A stretch of 63,807 nucleotides of DNA, counting the filler, from Octopus bimaculoides (lineage: Eukaryota), in the NCBI RefSeq assembly GCF_001194135.2. It is 5 parts of 4 records of this genome, joined end to end, with 100 filler letters (N's around TTAATTAATTAA, not from the genome) between each part and the next. Parts side by side here need not be neighbours in the genome. Positions count along the whole stretch, not along the records: positions 1 to 28,393 come from NC_068985.1; positions 28,494 to 46,186 come from NC_068985.1; 3 more parts are not named here. One strand, 5' to 3'. The notes under the pieces are model-generated. The model was not told where the DNA came from, ran no database searches, and saw only the letters and a list, made by a program, of their open reading frames with translations. Below, one piece after another: positions 24,255-39,899 of the stretch. Made by a program: the position numbers and the translations under genes. How positions within the stretch are numbered: position 1 is the first letter of the stretch; every line of letters begins with the position of its first letter.

Positions 24255-24427
24255 TATANNNNNNNNNNNNNNNNNNNNNNNNNNNNNNNNNNNNNNNNNN
24301 NNNNNNNNNNNNNNNNNNNNNNNNNNNNNNNNNNNNNNNNNNNNNNNNNNNNNNNNGCAGTGGGACTAAACCTAGAACCATGTCGTTGGTAAGCAAGCCA
24401 CTTACCAACAGTCGCTCCTGCACCTAT

Positions 24428-24465
<38 letters not shown>

Positions 24466-25708
24466 GTATGCATGTATGTATGTATACACACGCACAATGG
24501 GCTTCTTTCAGTTTCCATCTACCAAATCCACTCACAAGGCTCGGTACCATTGTTCTTCCAGCTCTTAACACTTTGTTCTGAATTCATCATGTTGACAAGT
24601 GTAGGTCGAGGGGGGGACAAACACACATACACACACACACACATACACACATGGGCTTCTTTCAGTTTCCGTCTTCCATATCTCCTCACAAGGCTTTGGT
24701 CTTCTACTATAGCCTGAGGCTATAGTAGAAGACACTTGCCCAAAGTGCCATACAGAAGTACTGAACCTGGAACCATGTGGTTGGGAAGCAAGCTTCTTAC
24801 CACACACCCCTGCCTGCACCTATCACTCATCTTAGAATATTTATTTATATATTTTTGTGTCTGTAATTTACCCATATTGCCCATTTGTAACTCTGTGGCT
24901 TTTGTTATCGGTTTTATGTTTCACATTCAGGATTGGTGCTAAACAATACTTTTCCTTCGTAATTTACCTGGAATTTCTAAAACACTCCTCCATTACACAA
25001 TCAACTCACCTCGTTTGCAAAATTGAATACATTCCATTGTTAATTGTAATGTTAATGACTGAGACAGCAAAAGACCATCCTATGTACACACACACACACA
25101 CACACACAAGTGGATTGGTAGAGATAGATAAATTCAAGGCGGTGAGCTGGTAGAAACGTTGGCACGCCGGGTGAAATGCTTAGCAGTGTTTCGTCTGCCA
25201 TTACGTTCCGAGTTCAAATTCCAATGAGGTCGACTTTGCCTTTCATCCTTTCGGGATCGATAAATTAAGTATAAATTATGCACTGGGGTCGATGTAATCG
25301 ACTTAATCCCTTTGTCTGTTCTTGTTTGTTCCCTCAGTGTGTAGCCCCTTGTGGGCAATAAAGAAATAAGATACACATGAGTTTGTGCATGCGTGCGTGC
25401 GTGTGTGAGAGAGAGAGAGAGGTAGCTAATGATGCTTTCAATGAAAATATCAGGTGGTATTTGCCATCTCTCATATCTCAGTTACTGTTATCAGACTTTT
25501 GAAATAATTCACATTCCCCTCCAATGCTTACAGCAGGTCTTAGAGGCAGGAACCAAAATCTATGTGGACTCCAGCCCTTCACTCACCCCAAAAAGTGGAG
25601 CAAAGCACCACTGCAAAGCTGCACACAACTGCTTGGAAGTGAGTAGCATGCACCCAACCTTCTCTGAATCATAGCTTTGTTACCACATTATGCCTCCATC
25701 ACCTAAAC

Positions 25709-26295
25709 CAGGCCTGGCCAACTCGAATTACATCATGGGCCACTTTAATCACAGAAAGGTTTTTCAGGGCCACTTGTATACTGACAGAACTGAAAGCATT
25801 TTATTTTCTCATGCTATTATTACAATAAGTGGAGGTGTGTGGCTCAGTGGTTAGAGTGTCAGCACCATAATCGTAAGATTGTGGTTTCGATTCCTGGACC
25901 AGGCGACGCGTAGTGTTCTTGAGCAAAACACTTCATTTCACGTTGCTTCAGTCGACTCAGCTGGCAAAAATGAGTAACGCTGTGATGGACTGGCATCCCA
26001 TCTAGCTGGGGAACACATACACCATTGAAACTAGGAAACCAGGCCCATGAGCCTGGCTAAGCTTTAAAAGGGTGCATTTATTTATTTTATTATTACAATA
26101 ATGAATGAATGATCGTTGATTCAAAATGAAATATTATCATTGCAAAAGCAGTAGTATCTTTCTTTTTTTACTTTTCATTACAATCCTTAATTTTTGATAA
26201 AATTTTTTAAATGTTTGTTTAAATAAAACAGTTTCAAGAAAGTATCAGGTGGGCCACAAGATAAAAGTCTGCAGGCCTCAGGTTGACCAGCCCTG
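25709..26295. mobile_element. hAT MITE with nested tRNA SINE
   Basis: TIRs CAGGCCTGGCCAAC / GTTGACCAGCCCTG; 8-bp TSD ACCTAAAC at 25701-25708 and 26296-26303; SINE at ~25825-26075 inside. Confidence 0.85.
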
Positions 26296-27193
26296 ACCTA
26301 AACCATCAAATAGCTTTTGGTCCCACTTGCTTTAGTGCAAGATCCCTAATTCCGATAATACACCCATCATGTTTAGCACTGAAGAAACAGTTGAGAGCCC
26401 TCCACATCAGTGTTAATGCTTTTACTAATTAATGTTTTCAGCTTGTTAACTAATTCCTTCTCCATTCGGTTTCTCTCTAGAGCCAGCTCTTTATTAAATG
26501 CTATCAATTTATACTTAACCACCCTTTTCAAAGTACCCTACAACCAGTTGTTAGAACTGTCCCTGTCAATTTCAGTTTGATTAGCTAGTCTTTGTGGTGT
26601 TTACATACCACGGAAGGTATATTTAACTTTCAGTTAACTGTGAATTTGTCTATTTGTCCTGTCTACATCAACTGTGCAGATCGCAACTATGTGTTCTGTC
26701 TAGCATTCGGAATATGTAGTGCTGGATGTGTTGCTGTCAATCTTGTGGTTGGCATAGTGAGGATATGTTCCTCATTACTCTAAGTCTACCACGAGGATGT
26801 CGATACCACCAAAATCAATAGTGAAGAGGTCACAGTCACAAAGCGATGAAAATATTTTGACAAATTAAATTTAAATGTTGAAGTGAATCTAACGGTTTTT
26901 GTGTGTTTTTAAATGGCTTATAAACACCTTCCATGTTGTAATTGTTGTTAATAATAAAAATGTTCAGACAAATACATAACAAAAACACCAGGACAACCAA
27001 ATATATATAGCATACAGAAAATAGCACTACTAGGCACTGCACACATCCCGCATAAAACACTTTCAATACAATAAAAGTACGAGTATCACAACAAACCACA
27101 GCACATACCCAAGGCACACAGAGCTGCGCTCGGTAGTGAAGTGAAAGCACGTGATAAAAATAAGACTACTGAATGATGATGATGATGATGATG

Positions 27194-27232
<39 letters not shown>

Positions 27233-27270
27233 GATAAAATAACAAAGTAAAGAAATAGTAAGCATCTTAC

Positions 27271-27444
27271 TTGTGCCACATTAATAAATTTCACAATGAC
27301 CTCCGCCCTTTGAGCGGGTGTTGTCCTGTTGAGAACCATGCACTGCACCCATTGGGAAAGTCCGTTGAATAGAGCTATGGATCGTTCTAATTTAGGATTC
27401 TCTTTGAGAGAGGCAGTTAAAGCATAATTTTTGAAGTCAGTGAA
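27271..27444 (-). CDS. RASGRP: RasGRP exon (Cdc25 GEF domain, FTDFKNY...FINVAQ), most 5' exon found
   Basis: ttccag|TTC...CAA|gtaag; 174 nt, 58 codons, phase 0/0; [20 protein letters not shown] is the RasGRP GEF helix signature. Confidence 0.95.
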
Positions 27445-27862
27445 CTGGAAAGAAAACAAAAGCAAAATGAATGTAAACAGTTTGTTTTAAGCATTGGGGC
27501 GCCGCTTTGAAGAATTGGCCCCAGTACTAATTTCTATTTTTTAAGCCTGGTACCTGTCCGATCAGCCTCTTCTGCCAAACCACTAAGTTATGGGGGCATA
27601 AACACACCAACACTGATTGACAAGTGGTGACAGTGGATGAACAGATACACACACACACACACATATGCACATATGATAGGTTTCTTTCAGTTTCCTGCTA
27701 CTAAATCCATTCACAAAGCCCTCATCGGCCCGAGGCCACAGGAGAAGACAGTTTCTCAAGGTGTCATGGAGTGAGATTGAACCCAGAACCATGTGGCTGA
27801 GAAGCAAACTTCCTACCACACAGCCATACCTGTGCCTACAGATATATATATTATTCTACATA

Positions 27863-27908
<46 letters not shown>

Positions 27909-27928
27909 CATCATACATACATATATAA

Positions 27929-27971
<43 letters not shown>

Positions 27972-28393
27972 TAGAGAGATAGAGAGAGAGAGATAGCTAT
28001 GCAGATAGATAAGATACATAGACAATTAGATATATACACACATATACATATATGTATAAGTGCATAATTAATTATTACAATTAAAAGGGTAAAGGATTAT
28101 CAATTTATTAATAAATTAATAATTTTTACCAAGCCCTTCGGTATGTAAGCACCATTATCGGTGTGGAACTTATTTAAAAGTTCTTATACATTTATAAACA
28201 AAATTAAGGGATCAGCAACAGGTTGCTTCACCACATACCGAAGTTCAGAAATAGCAACTAAAAATGCTGAAACTCTAAACCAGAAACATGTCTATGATTA
28301 ACTATGGCTAGTTTAGTTCGTTATTTTTCTTCTTGTTTTGCCTATGTGAGTTGCGGGTAACTGCTATCTGTTGGAGTTTCAGCATTTTTAGCT

Positions 28394-28493
28394 NNNNNNN
28401 NNNNNNNNNNNNNNNNNNNNNNNNNNNNNNNNNNNNNTTAATTAATTAANNNNNNNNNNNNNNNNNNNNNNNNNNNNNNNNNNNNNNNNNNNN
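28394..28493. other. Artificial scaffold spacer N44-TTAATTAATTAA-N44
   Basis: Identical 100-nt construct also at 46187-46286, 60006-60105 and 62284-62383. Confidence 0.9.
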
Positions 28494-29711
28494 CCAACAG
28501 CCATGTCCGCGTCTTTCTTTTTTTTTAAATCTGAATAACAGTTTTCCTTGAAGCTGTTTTAATTAGATGGCTAGGCCTTTGTTGAGCAGCTTTGTAATGT
28601 ATTTGGTGCACGCTACATAAAAATTTAATAAAAGACCCACTAACTCTGCCCCCAGTCTAGTCTGAACGAGTCAGCAAAATCGACAACATTCTTGAAATAA
28701 GTGACAACCGCTTACCACAAGTGAAAGAGATATTCGCCATTCCTACAAAACAACTGTGAAATATCTACTGTGTTTATATGTTGACTGGAGTGGCTCTTGA
28801 TTTCTTTTCGTCTGATAAGACCTGTGTCCTAGAAATTTGGAATATATCTGATGTTGCTTGCTATAGATGTTATTCAACCGCAGGGAACTCCTATTGAATA
28901 AGTGTACGAACGGTTGATGGCATTCCAAATGTGAAGATATATAGGTCTGCATTTTTCTAGATAGAAGACAATTGCCGCGCATCGGGAACGAAACCAAACC
29001 TATGCAATTGTGAAACGAGCTTCTTAAACACATAACCACGCTTTAGAATATATGATTTGAGACAGATATAGTTGCTATTTCTAGCATTTTGACGGAAAAC
29101 GTAAATTTCTCTTCGGGATAGGTGAGAGAATGAGTGATACTTTATTTACAAGACAAATAAAATATTACTCAATAGCTATATAAAATGAAGAAACCCCCCC
29201 CCCCCCAGCTAAATGTAACAAATTGATAACAAAGATCAATCTTGTATGTCAAATTTAGAAACAAAAGAAAAAAACGAATCATTAATAATGAATATATACA
29301 GACTCATTTTGCCGCGAATCAAGCATCGCCTTGCCGCCATTGAGCGTGTAAAACTCTGGAGACACAACAATCGTTAATAGGATAACTAGCATATGAATAA
29401 ATAAACGTCTTTGTGGCTAACAACGAATCCCCGTTGTGTCAAGAGACGAGAGAAGGTGGAATAATTAACTAAATGGATCAGATCCTGCTCTCAATAGAAA
29501 CACACGAATGCTCGCGCACGCGCGTGTGCTTGTGTGCCTGTGTGTCAGCACGCGTGTGTATATGCGTGCGTGCGCGCGTATGTGTGTGTATTGGTTAGGT
29601 GATAATGTGTTAGTGTCTATATTTCTAAGTCCTCTTTCTCTTTCTCATACATGCATACATACATACACGTATACACACACATGCACATGTGTACATATAT
29701 ACGTACATAAC

Positions 29712-29806
<95 letters not shown>

Positions 29807-29830
29807 CTGTGTGTGTATATATATTCTTTA

Positions 29831-30066
29831 TTGGTAAATTAAAGCTACCATTGGTTTCATGTTAAGAAAAGTAGGAAACTATCCTGGTGCCTTAACAATA
29901 TTTGAAGCCGATCACACGAAGAAAGGTGTTCGTCTCCATTTAGGAGGTTTTCTACAATAGAGGCGAACACCTTTCTCTGTATGATCGGCATGAAAATTTA
30001 TTAAGACATCAGGATATTTTCCTATTTTTTCGTAACATGAAACCAATGGTAGCCTTAATTCACCAA
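29831..30066. repeat. ~236-bp palindromic element (probable MITE)
   Basis: Arms of ~110 nt are reverse complements, including a 21-bp perfect block gctaccattggtttcatgtta; flanked by TA-rich sequence. Confidence 0.8.
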
Positions 30067-31089
30067 TTAAGAAATTATATATCCATCAATGCAGTGTTGA
30101 GCATTCATTTCATCGTTCGACATTTACGTATACACACACACACACACACATATATATATATGTGTGTGTGTGTGTGTGTATTTATAAATCTATCATATAC
30201 GAATATATGTATGTATGTATATATGTATCTATGTATGTGTGTGTGTATGTATATTTATATTTATATAACGACTTAACATACAGCTGCTACAACTGGCAAT
30301 AAACAGATGCATATTTTGTATAATTCTTACAAAATCCTTATCTTTGTTTGAAAATTCACATACATTTGAAAGCAAACAGGTGGTCAAACTCATAAATAGG
30401 ACGTCTCAAAGAGTCCGTATCTGAACACAAGACTCAAGCATACAAATTTACTAATAAAAAATTTGAATTTCTAATATTTTACAACAAACAGCATACATCA
30501 CACGCATTTCTGTAAGTATGTATGTATGTATGTATGTGTGTATGTATGTATGTATGTATGTATGTATGTATGTATGTATGTATATGTACGTATGTCATTA
30601 TTCAGTTTTATTTCAAGTTTTCTTGCCAACAGAGGAAGAGTCGGTTCCTAGCCTAGATCCAAGGCTCCTTCATTGGAATTTCAGCAACATCAACAGGGTA
30701 TTTTTGTATATATGTATGTATATGTGCAGATTTGCATGTTTTGGTTTATGTATGCATTCTCATGTATCTTGAGAATACATACATAAAACAGAAATTCAAA
30801 AGATAATGCTCATGGTAATTGCCCATTTCCTACGCAAAAGACTTTCTATGTAATCTCAAATTTTAAAACAAACACATAGGTTTCTTATGGTTTCTTAAAC
30901 ATTCTCTAGAACAACACTATGTACAAAACCAAATATATGGTACCCTAGGCCTAACACCAATATGAACTTCTAATTTGTTGTCTCTTGCGATCTCTGGGTG
31001 TGTATGTATGTATATTTATATTTATATAAGCTAACTTGCACAAATGTAAAGCAAAAGTCAAACATAAAGTAATAATAATATGATAAAGA

Positions 31090-32657
31090 CGATAATGAGC
31101 TTGAAGAACTACTACGTACTGTGAAAGCATTCAGTGATGATATCGGGATGGAATTTGGCCTTGATAAAAGTGCCAAGGCCACTTTCCAGAAAGGGAAATT
31201 GAAGACCTCACAATCAGTGGTGCTGGATGTAGATATAGTCATAAAAGAACTCGAGCAGGAACAAACTTACAAATACCTCAGAATAAATGAGGGCTCTGGC
31301 ATTCAGCATGCAAGTATGAAAGAGAAGACTAGGAAGGAATGTTACAGGAGAGTCCGAGCAGTCCTAAAATCTGAGTTAAATGCACGTAACAAGGTGTTAG
31401 CTAAAAATGCCTCAGCAGTTCCGGTTGTTATTCACAGTTTCAATATGTTGAACTGGAATATGAGTGAAATAAGGAAGGTTGACAGGAAAATCCGTAAGCT
31501 GCTGACTTGCAATAAGATGCACCACCCAAAGGCAGACGCAGATCGTCTTTACCTACCCAGAGCTCAAGAAGGTCGAGGCTCGATCCAATTTGAAATCTCT
31601 TACAAAACTACCACAATTGGACAGACCGGCGAAATATCTTGAAATATCTAACGACCGGATGCTAAAGGTCGCTGAAAACCACGAAAGATGTATGAAACTT
31701 CATTCTGTTATGAAGGAGAGTAAAAAAAAATTCAAGTGAGTTTATGTATAATACCCAGGTTGAACAGCATGATGAAAGTGCGGCAGCTGTAGTTACAAAG
31801 GTGAAATCAATAGCAAAGCAAAATGCATTCGAACAATTAGCTGATAGGTGGGAACAAAAACTTCTGCATGACAAATATGTGGCCCGTAGCAAACAAGCTG
31901 ATGCAGACCAGAAGCACATACGTCAGTGGCTACGAGCTCAGGGCTAAAGGCAGAGAGTGAAGGCTTTATCTTGGTTGCTCAGCAGCAGAGCTTATTGACC
32001 CGGAACTATCAAGCCAACGTGATGAAAATTGGTGTAGACCCAAAGTGACGATGGGATTGAAGCAGTAGACCACCTAATCTCTGGGTACTAGTCCTTCAAA
32101 ATGACGATACTGCAACGATGGCATTGAGACTACCAAATCTCTGAGTGTAAGGTTTTAGCACCTGTAGAAAACAAATCAAGGCATGACAGAGTTGGCCGTT
32201 ATCTGAAATGGATAATGTGTCAGCATTATAAAATCAAAACTGCTGACAAATGGTACAAGCACTACCTTGAGGCTGCAACTGAGGGAGAAAATGTAACGAT
32301 TCTTTCGGGATTTCCAGTATGTACAGACAGGACCATCAAAGCAAATAAACCAGATATTGTTATGAAAGACCAAAACAATAAAATTTGTTTATTGATAGAC
32401 ATGAGCATACCCTATGACAATAATATCTCGGCAAAAGAATTTGATAAGCTCAAAAAATATAAAGCTTTGCTGATTGAAATCGAAAAGATGTAGCATCTCA
32501 AGACGGTTACAATACCAGTGATTGTAGGAGCACTTGAAATGATCAAAAAAGGAACTGAAAATTATTTGGGAATTATCCCTGGCTTACCATCCATGCAGGA
32601 AGTGAAAAAGATTGTCTTAACTGGTACGTCACACGTATTGAGAAGAGCATTGTTGTA
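31090..32657 (+). mobile_element. Degraded Dong/R4-clade LINE (RT thumb, RHD, PD..D REL endonuclease)
   Basis: ORF pieces FSDDIGMEFGLDK..., HPKADADRLYLPR, RHD-like region and TDRTIKANKPDIV...LIDMSIPYD; stops and frameshifts; begins after an AATAAT tail. Confidence 0.9.
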
Positions 32658-33202
32658 AATTGTCTTTTCCTTTTCCCCCTTTATTTTCTTTGTTTACTTT
32701 TTTTTAGTTTTCCTTTATTCCTTTTTCTCTCTGTTGTTCTTCCCCTTCTTCTCTATCACATAACTTTGTAAATGAACAATCTGATGTGTATATTTTAATG
32801 GTCTATCAATGTATATAGTGCGTTTCTCTGTCCTATGTGTCAGGAAGACACTCGACAAGAAATGGAAACAGAATTGAAAGAAGTTGATAATGAAAATGAT
32901 GATAATAATAATAATAGTAATATCAACAACTTTGACTTGCATCAAGAGCAATGAGCTAGGTGGTGGGGGTGGCAATATAGAAAAATTACATAATAATAAT
33001 AACATGAATAGTAATAAATTGATTATTTCTTCAAACGAATGACTTTCATGTTTGGAGCCTGACAAGTAAATTAGCGATGACCAAGTAAACAGGTGGTAAG
33101 TGTTTGAAGAATGGTCAGTTAGTCAGTTGGAAAAACGAGAAGGAAAAAGAATAAATAGACTTAGATGAACTAACAACCACTTGATACAGTACGAGAGAGG
33201 AA

Positions 33203-33260
33203 ACTTCCTGCCAGTGTTATTTTCCTTCCGGCCACAGACAGAGAGAAAAACAACATGGCG
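33203..33260 (+). promoter_or_regulatory. Possible promoter motif cluster (2x ETS-like, YY1-like)
   Basis: ACTTCCTG 33203-33210, CTTCCGG 33225-33231, AACATGGCG 33252-33260 in CpG-retaining unique sequence. Confidence 0.25.
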
Positions 33261-34278
33261 TTTTCACTGGCTGCTAAACAACTTTGCTTGCTTTACTGAA
33301 CAATAGAAGTATTTTCGTTCTCTTTCGACAGGATTCCCCCGCCGCCCTTTCTCCATCAGTTTCTATCTATTCATCTAACGCTTTATTTCTCCTTCCGTTT
33401 ATTCTTTGAAAAGAATTGATTTTTGTTTCCGAGTGTACATTATTAGTGTACGCATATATGCATCTATGTATGTATGTATGCATGTATGTATGTATGTGTG
33501 CGTGTATATATATATATATATATATATATATNNNNNNNNNNNNNNNNNNNNNNNNNNNNNNNNNNNNNNNNNNNNNNNNNNNNNNNNNNNNNNNNNNNNN
33601 NNNNNNNNNNNNNNNNNNNNNNNNNNNNNNNNNNNNNNNNNNNNNNNNNNNNNNNNNNNNNNNNNNNNNNNNNNNNNNNNNNNNNNNNNNNNNNNNNNNN
33701 NNNNNNNNNNNNNNNNNNNNNNNNNNNNNNNNNNNNNNNNNNNNNNNNNNNNNNNNNNNNNNNNNNNNNNNNNNNNNNNNNNNNNNNNNNNNNNNNNNNN
33801 NNNNNNNNNNNNNNNNNNNNNNNNNNNNNNNNNNNNNNNNNNNNNNNNNNNNNNNNNNNNNNNNNNNNNNNNNNNNNNNNNNNNNNNNNNNNNNNNNNNN
33901 NNNNNNNNNNNNNNNNNNNNNNNNNNNNNNNNNNNNNNNNNNNNNNNNNNNNNNNNNNNNNNNNNNNNNNNNNNNNNNNNNNNNNNNNNNNNNNNNNNNN
34001 NNNNNNNNNNNNNNNNNNNNNNNNNNNNNNNNNNNNNNNNNNNNNNNNNNNNNNNNNNNNNNNNNNNNNNNNNNNNNNNNNNNNNNNNNNNNNNNNNNNN
34101 NNNNNNNNNNNNNNNNNNNNNNNNNNNNNNNNNNNNNNNNNNNNNNNNNNNNNNNNNNNNNNNNNNNNNNNNNNNNNNNNNNNNNNNNNNNNNNNNNNNN
34201 NNNNNNNNNNNNNNNNNNNNNNNNNNNNNNNNNNNNNNNNNNNNNNNNNNNNNNNNNNNNNNNNNNNNNNNNNNNNNN

Positions 34279-34328
<50 letters not shown>

Positions 34329-34908
34329 TACACACGCATTACACACACACACACTACACACACTCACAAACACACGAGAGAGGAAAGAGAAAGAGAAGTG
34401 AGTGAAATGGCACAGACAGTGAAATAGGGAGTACCCAGTGACATGGGAGTGTGTTGGGGAGGAGAATGGTTTTGATAGAGATCAATTATTGATGTTTCGC
34501 ATTTTGGAAATTTTTTGGCGACATTTAATTTTAAAATCTATTTGTATTCTGAAGCAACTTTAGAAAAGAATATGCAGCCGGGTGGAGCAAAACGAATGAA
34601 AAAAATATGTAAATAAATCTCAGATCATTTTCATGTAAGAAGTTATATGAGAAATTACGTAACATATAAAAGAGTCGCCCAGGATAACCTAACGAGTGTC
34701 ATCGTCCAACCTTATCTATTGTATCATATGCAAAAGTTGTGGTGCCCTTTGCGTTGGAGAAACTTACTGCTAAGCATGTAAGGCTAACCTACCGTCACCC
34801 ACCTCATCGCTACAAACATTCCATCACTCATTTGGTAATGTGCAGCATCACCGCACACCAGGGATCTACATTCGGAAGGAAACGGATGGAATAATGTTTC
34901 ATGCTCGA

Positions 34909-35084
34909 TACCAGCGTAGCTAGGGGTGGTGGTGGTGGGAGGAAGCCGTGGTAGGGGTGGTCCGCCTCGAGTGGCACATTTGAAGGGGCACCACATTTGT
35001 AAGCAATAGGTGATTTTTGGTGGGATCCGGGGCGACAAGCAGAAGGGCCGCCCCTGGACTGCACACACTCTAGCTACGCTAGTG
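34909..35084. mobile_element. 176-bp hAT MITE
   Basis: 15-bp TIRs (TACCAGCGTAGCTAG vs revcomp CACTAGCGTAGCTAG); perfect 8-bp TSD ATGCTCGA at 34901-34908 and 35085-35092. Confidence 0.9.
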
Positions 35085-35295
35085 ATGCTCGAACCTGGAA
35101 CCATATCACCGACAGCTTCTTTCTTTCTTCTCTTACATCTCTTAGTTTAGTTAAACTGTTTCTTTCAATTTCCCTCTCACTTAATTTTTCTTTTCACTTC
35201 AGTTTCGACTTCGGCTGCTCCTCTTCCTCATTCCATTCCCCTTTCTCTCTCCCTCTCTCAGACCGTTTCTCTGTCCTACCAACTCTCGTTCACGT

Positions 35296-37821
<2,526 letters not shown>

Positions 37822-39173
37822 TCGGGAAAACCGTATTTTTTTTTTCTGTCAAGCGTTTACATACGCCATTCTTGGACTATTTTCTTTAGTCATCGCGCAG
37901 TGATCGCTTATAAGCTTTAAGCTTATAAAACACTATTATTATTATTATTTACAGATATATATAAATATATATATATTATTATATACATATATTATATACA
38001 TATATATATAAATATATGTGTGTACATATATGTGTGTACATGCATACTGATATACATAATACATGTACACACACACACACACACACATATAGATACGCGC
38101 ATTCATATACGTATTGCATGTACAAAAATATATCTAATTACACTACAGAAAAACTGAAGAAAATAAATATTTGTATGTATGTCATATGTATGCATATGAA
38201 TATACATTTGCCTTCTCTTTATGCATTGTAAACTATTTTTCTATCTTTAATAATGTATCTGAAAGTTGAGGAGATAACAAAAAACAACATAGCAAAAAAA
38301 AAAGCAAAGAAAAAGAAAACACAAAAACAAACAAGAAGCAAGTTCATTTGGAAGCTGAATTGTCGTTTGTTACGATATAATTATAAACTAAAAACCTCTC
38401 TGATTCCGAAATATTTATGTATGCAATATACAAAAATACTTACCAATTATTCTTTAACTGCAAATATTTTCGTTTCTACACACATTTTTTTGTTTATTTG
38501 GGTTAAATATTTCTTCTACTGTCAACATTTCTTTTTTCATCTTTTATTTATATAAATCTCATTGTCGAAATTATCTTCCCTTTGTTTTCACAAATATCTA
38601 ACTTAACGTTTTGTTATTTTATGATTATTTTCTCTTCAAATTTTCAGATATGTTTATTACCTATATTTTTTGACTCATAATTATTCATACCAGCTTTCTA
38701 TATTCACATGGCTTCTATCGTTTTTATTCCTCTTTCGTGTCTTATATTTTCTTTACATGATGTTTGAAAGATTCTCATTGCTGTATACAGCCGGCGATCA
38801 TACGTCTTCGCTCTGGTTCATTCATATATTACAGGCAGACAGACATGAAGATTATACACACGAACATGAACTCACGTACAGACTAGTGCTAAAATTGAAT
38901 CGCAAAAACATCCACAAATATAATCCTGAGACTGATATACGTGCACACAGACAATCGTATTCACTGATATATCATCAACAAACACACAAACAACACACAT
39001 ATATTCTCCTGTATTATGGCACGTGTGACTTAAGTTATTGGTAGAATAAACAAATAATTTCAATAAATTATATATAGACACAGACATATATAAATAAATA
39101 AATGAATATGTACATATGCATATATGTGTGTGTGTGTGTATTTACAAAGGAAATAAAGTAAATGTCGTACGAA

Positions 39174-39411
39174 GAATAGCTGTGTGAAAACAGCTTTGAA
39201 GATCGGATAAATATCCTTAGATGGTGGGAACAGTGGCCAGAAAGTCGCCATATAGTTTTAAACCCTGAACCTTTCAAATTCCGGCTGAGTGATCTAAGCC
39301 GGAATTTGAAGGTACGGAGTTCGATTTTGTGTAGCTGTTTGCTGGCCACTTTTCCCGTCTTCGAAGGTTATTTTATTTATCTGATCTTCAAATGTGTTTT
39401 CACTGCTATTC
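39174..39411. repeat. ~238-bp imperfect palindrome
   Basis: 14-bp perfect core TTCAAATTCCGGCT/AGCCGGAATTTGAA around a 10-nt loop; outer blocks gaatagc, gtgaaaaca, tttgaagatc and agtggccag are mirrored. Confidence 0.8.
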
Positions 39412-39561
39412 TGCCATCGAGGATTTATTTTCTGTATATGTATGTATGTATGTATGAATACACAAGACAAAAACAAGCGAATCAACAAAAAAACCTTTAT
39501 ATGGTCGCTTGATGTGCAAGAAATAGCTACCAAAATCAACTTGAAATCACACCTTGCTGGC

Positions 39562-39593
<32 letters not shown>

Positions 39594-39899
39594 AGGGGAT
39601 TTATAAGACAATGCAGTACCCGAGGCCCTAAGCAAATGAGATGGCCACATTAAGTTTTGAACACTGTTCACCATATATCTGCTCCATCAACCTGACGATG
39701 GTCTAAGCAACAAAATAGTTATACGCAATATTCTTTTCTACTCTAGGCACAAGGCCCGAACTTTTCGGGAAGGGGACCAGTCGATTAGATCGACGCCAGT
39801 ACACAGCTGGTACTTTATTTATCGACCTCAAAAGGATGAAAGGCAAAGTCGACCTCAGCGGAATTTGAACTCAGAACGTAAAGACAGTCGAAATACCGC

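Noticed and set aside
28137-28393. Short inverted repeats (cttcggtatgt/acataccgaag; aaaatgctgaaactc) next to the spacer
   Set aside because: Probably fragments of a repeat at a contig end; truncated by the gap, so not interpretable
28438-28449. Recurrent TTAATTAATTAA palindrome (4 copies) as a regulatory motif
   Set aside because: Always centred in exactly 44+44 Ns; a scaffolding marker
37908-37928. Perfect 10-bp inverted repeat TTATAAGCTT-t-AAGCTTATAA (also a 12-bp stem at 53533-53570)
   Set aside because: Short AT-rich hairpins with no supporting context
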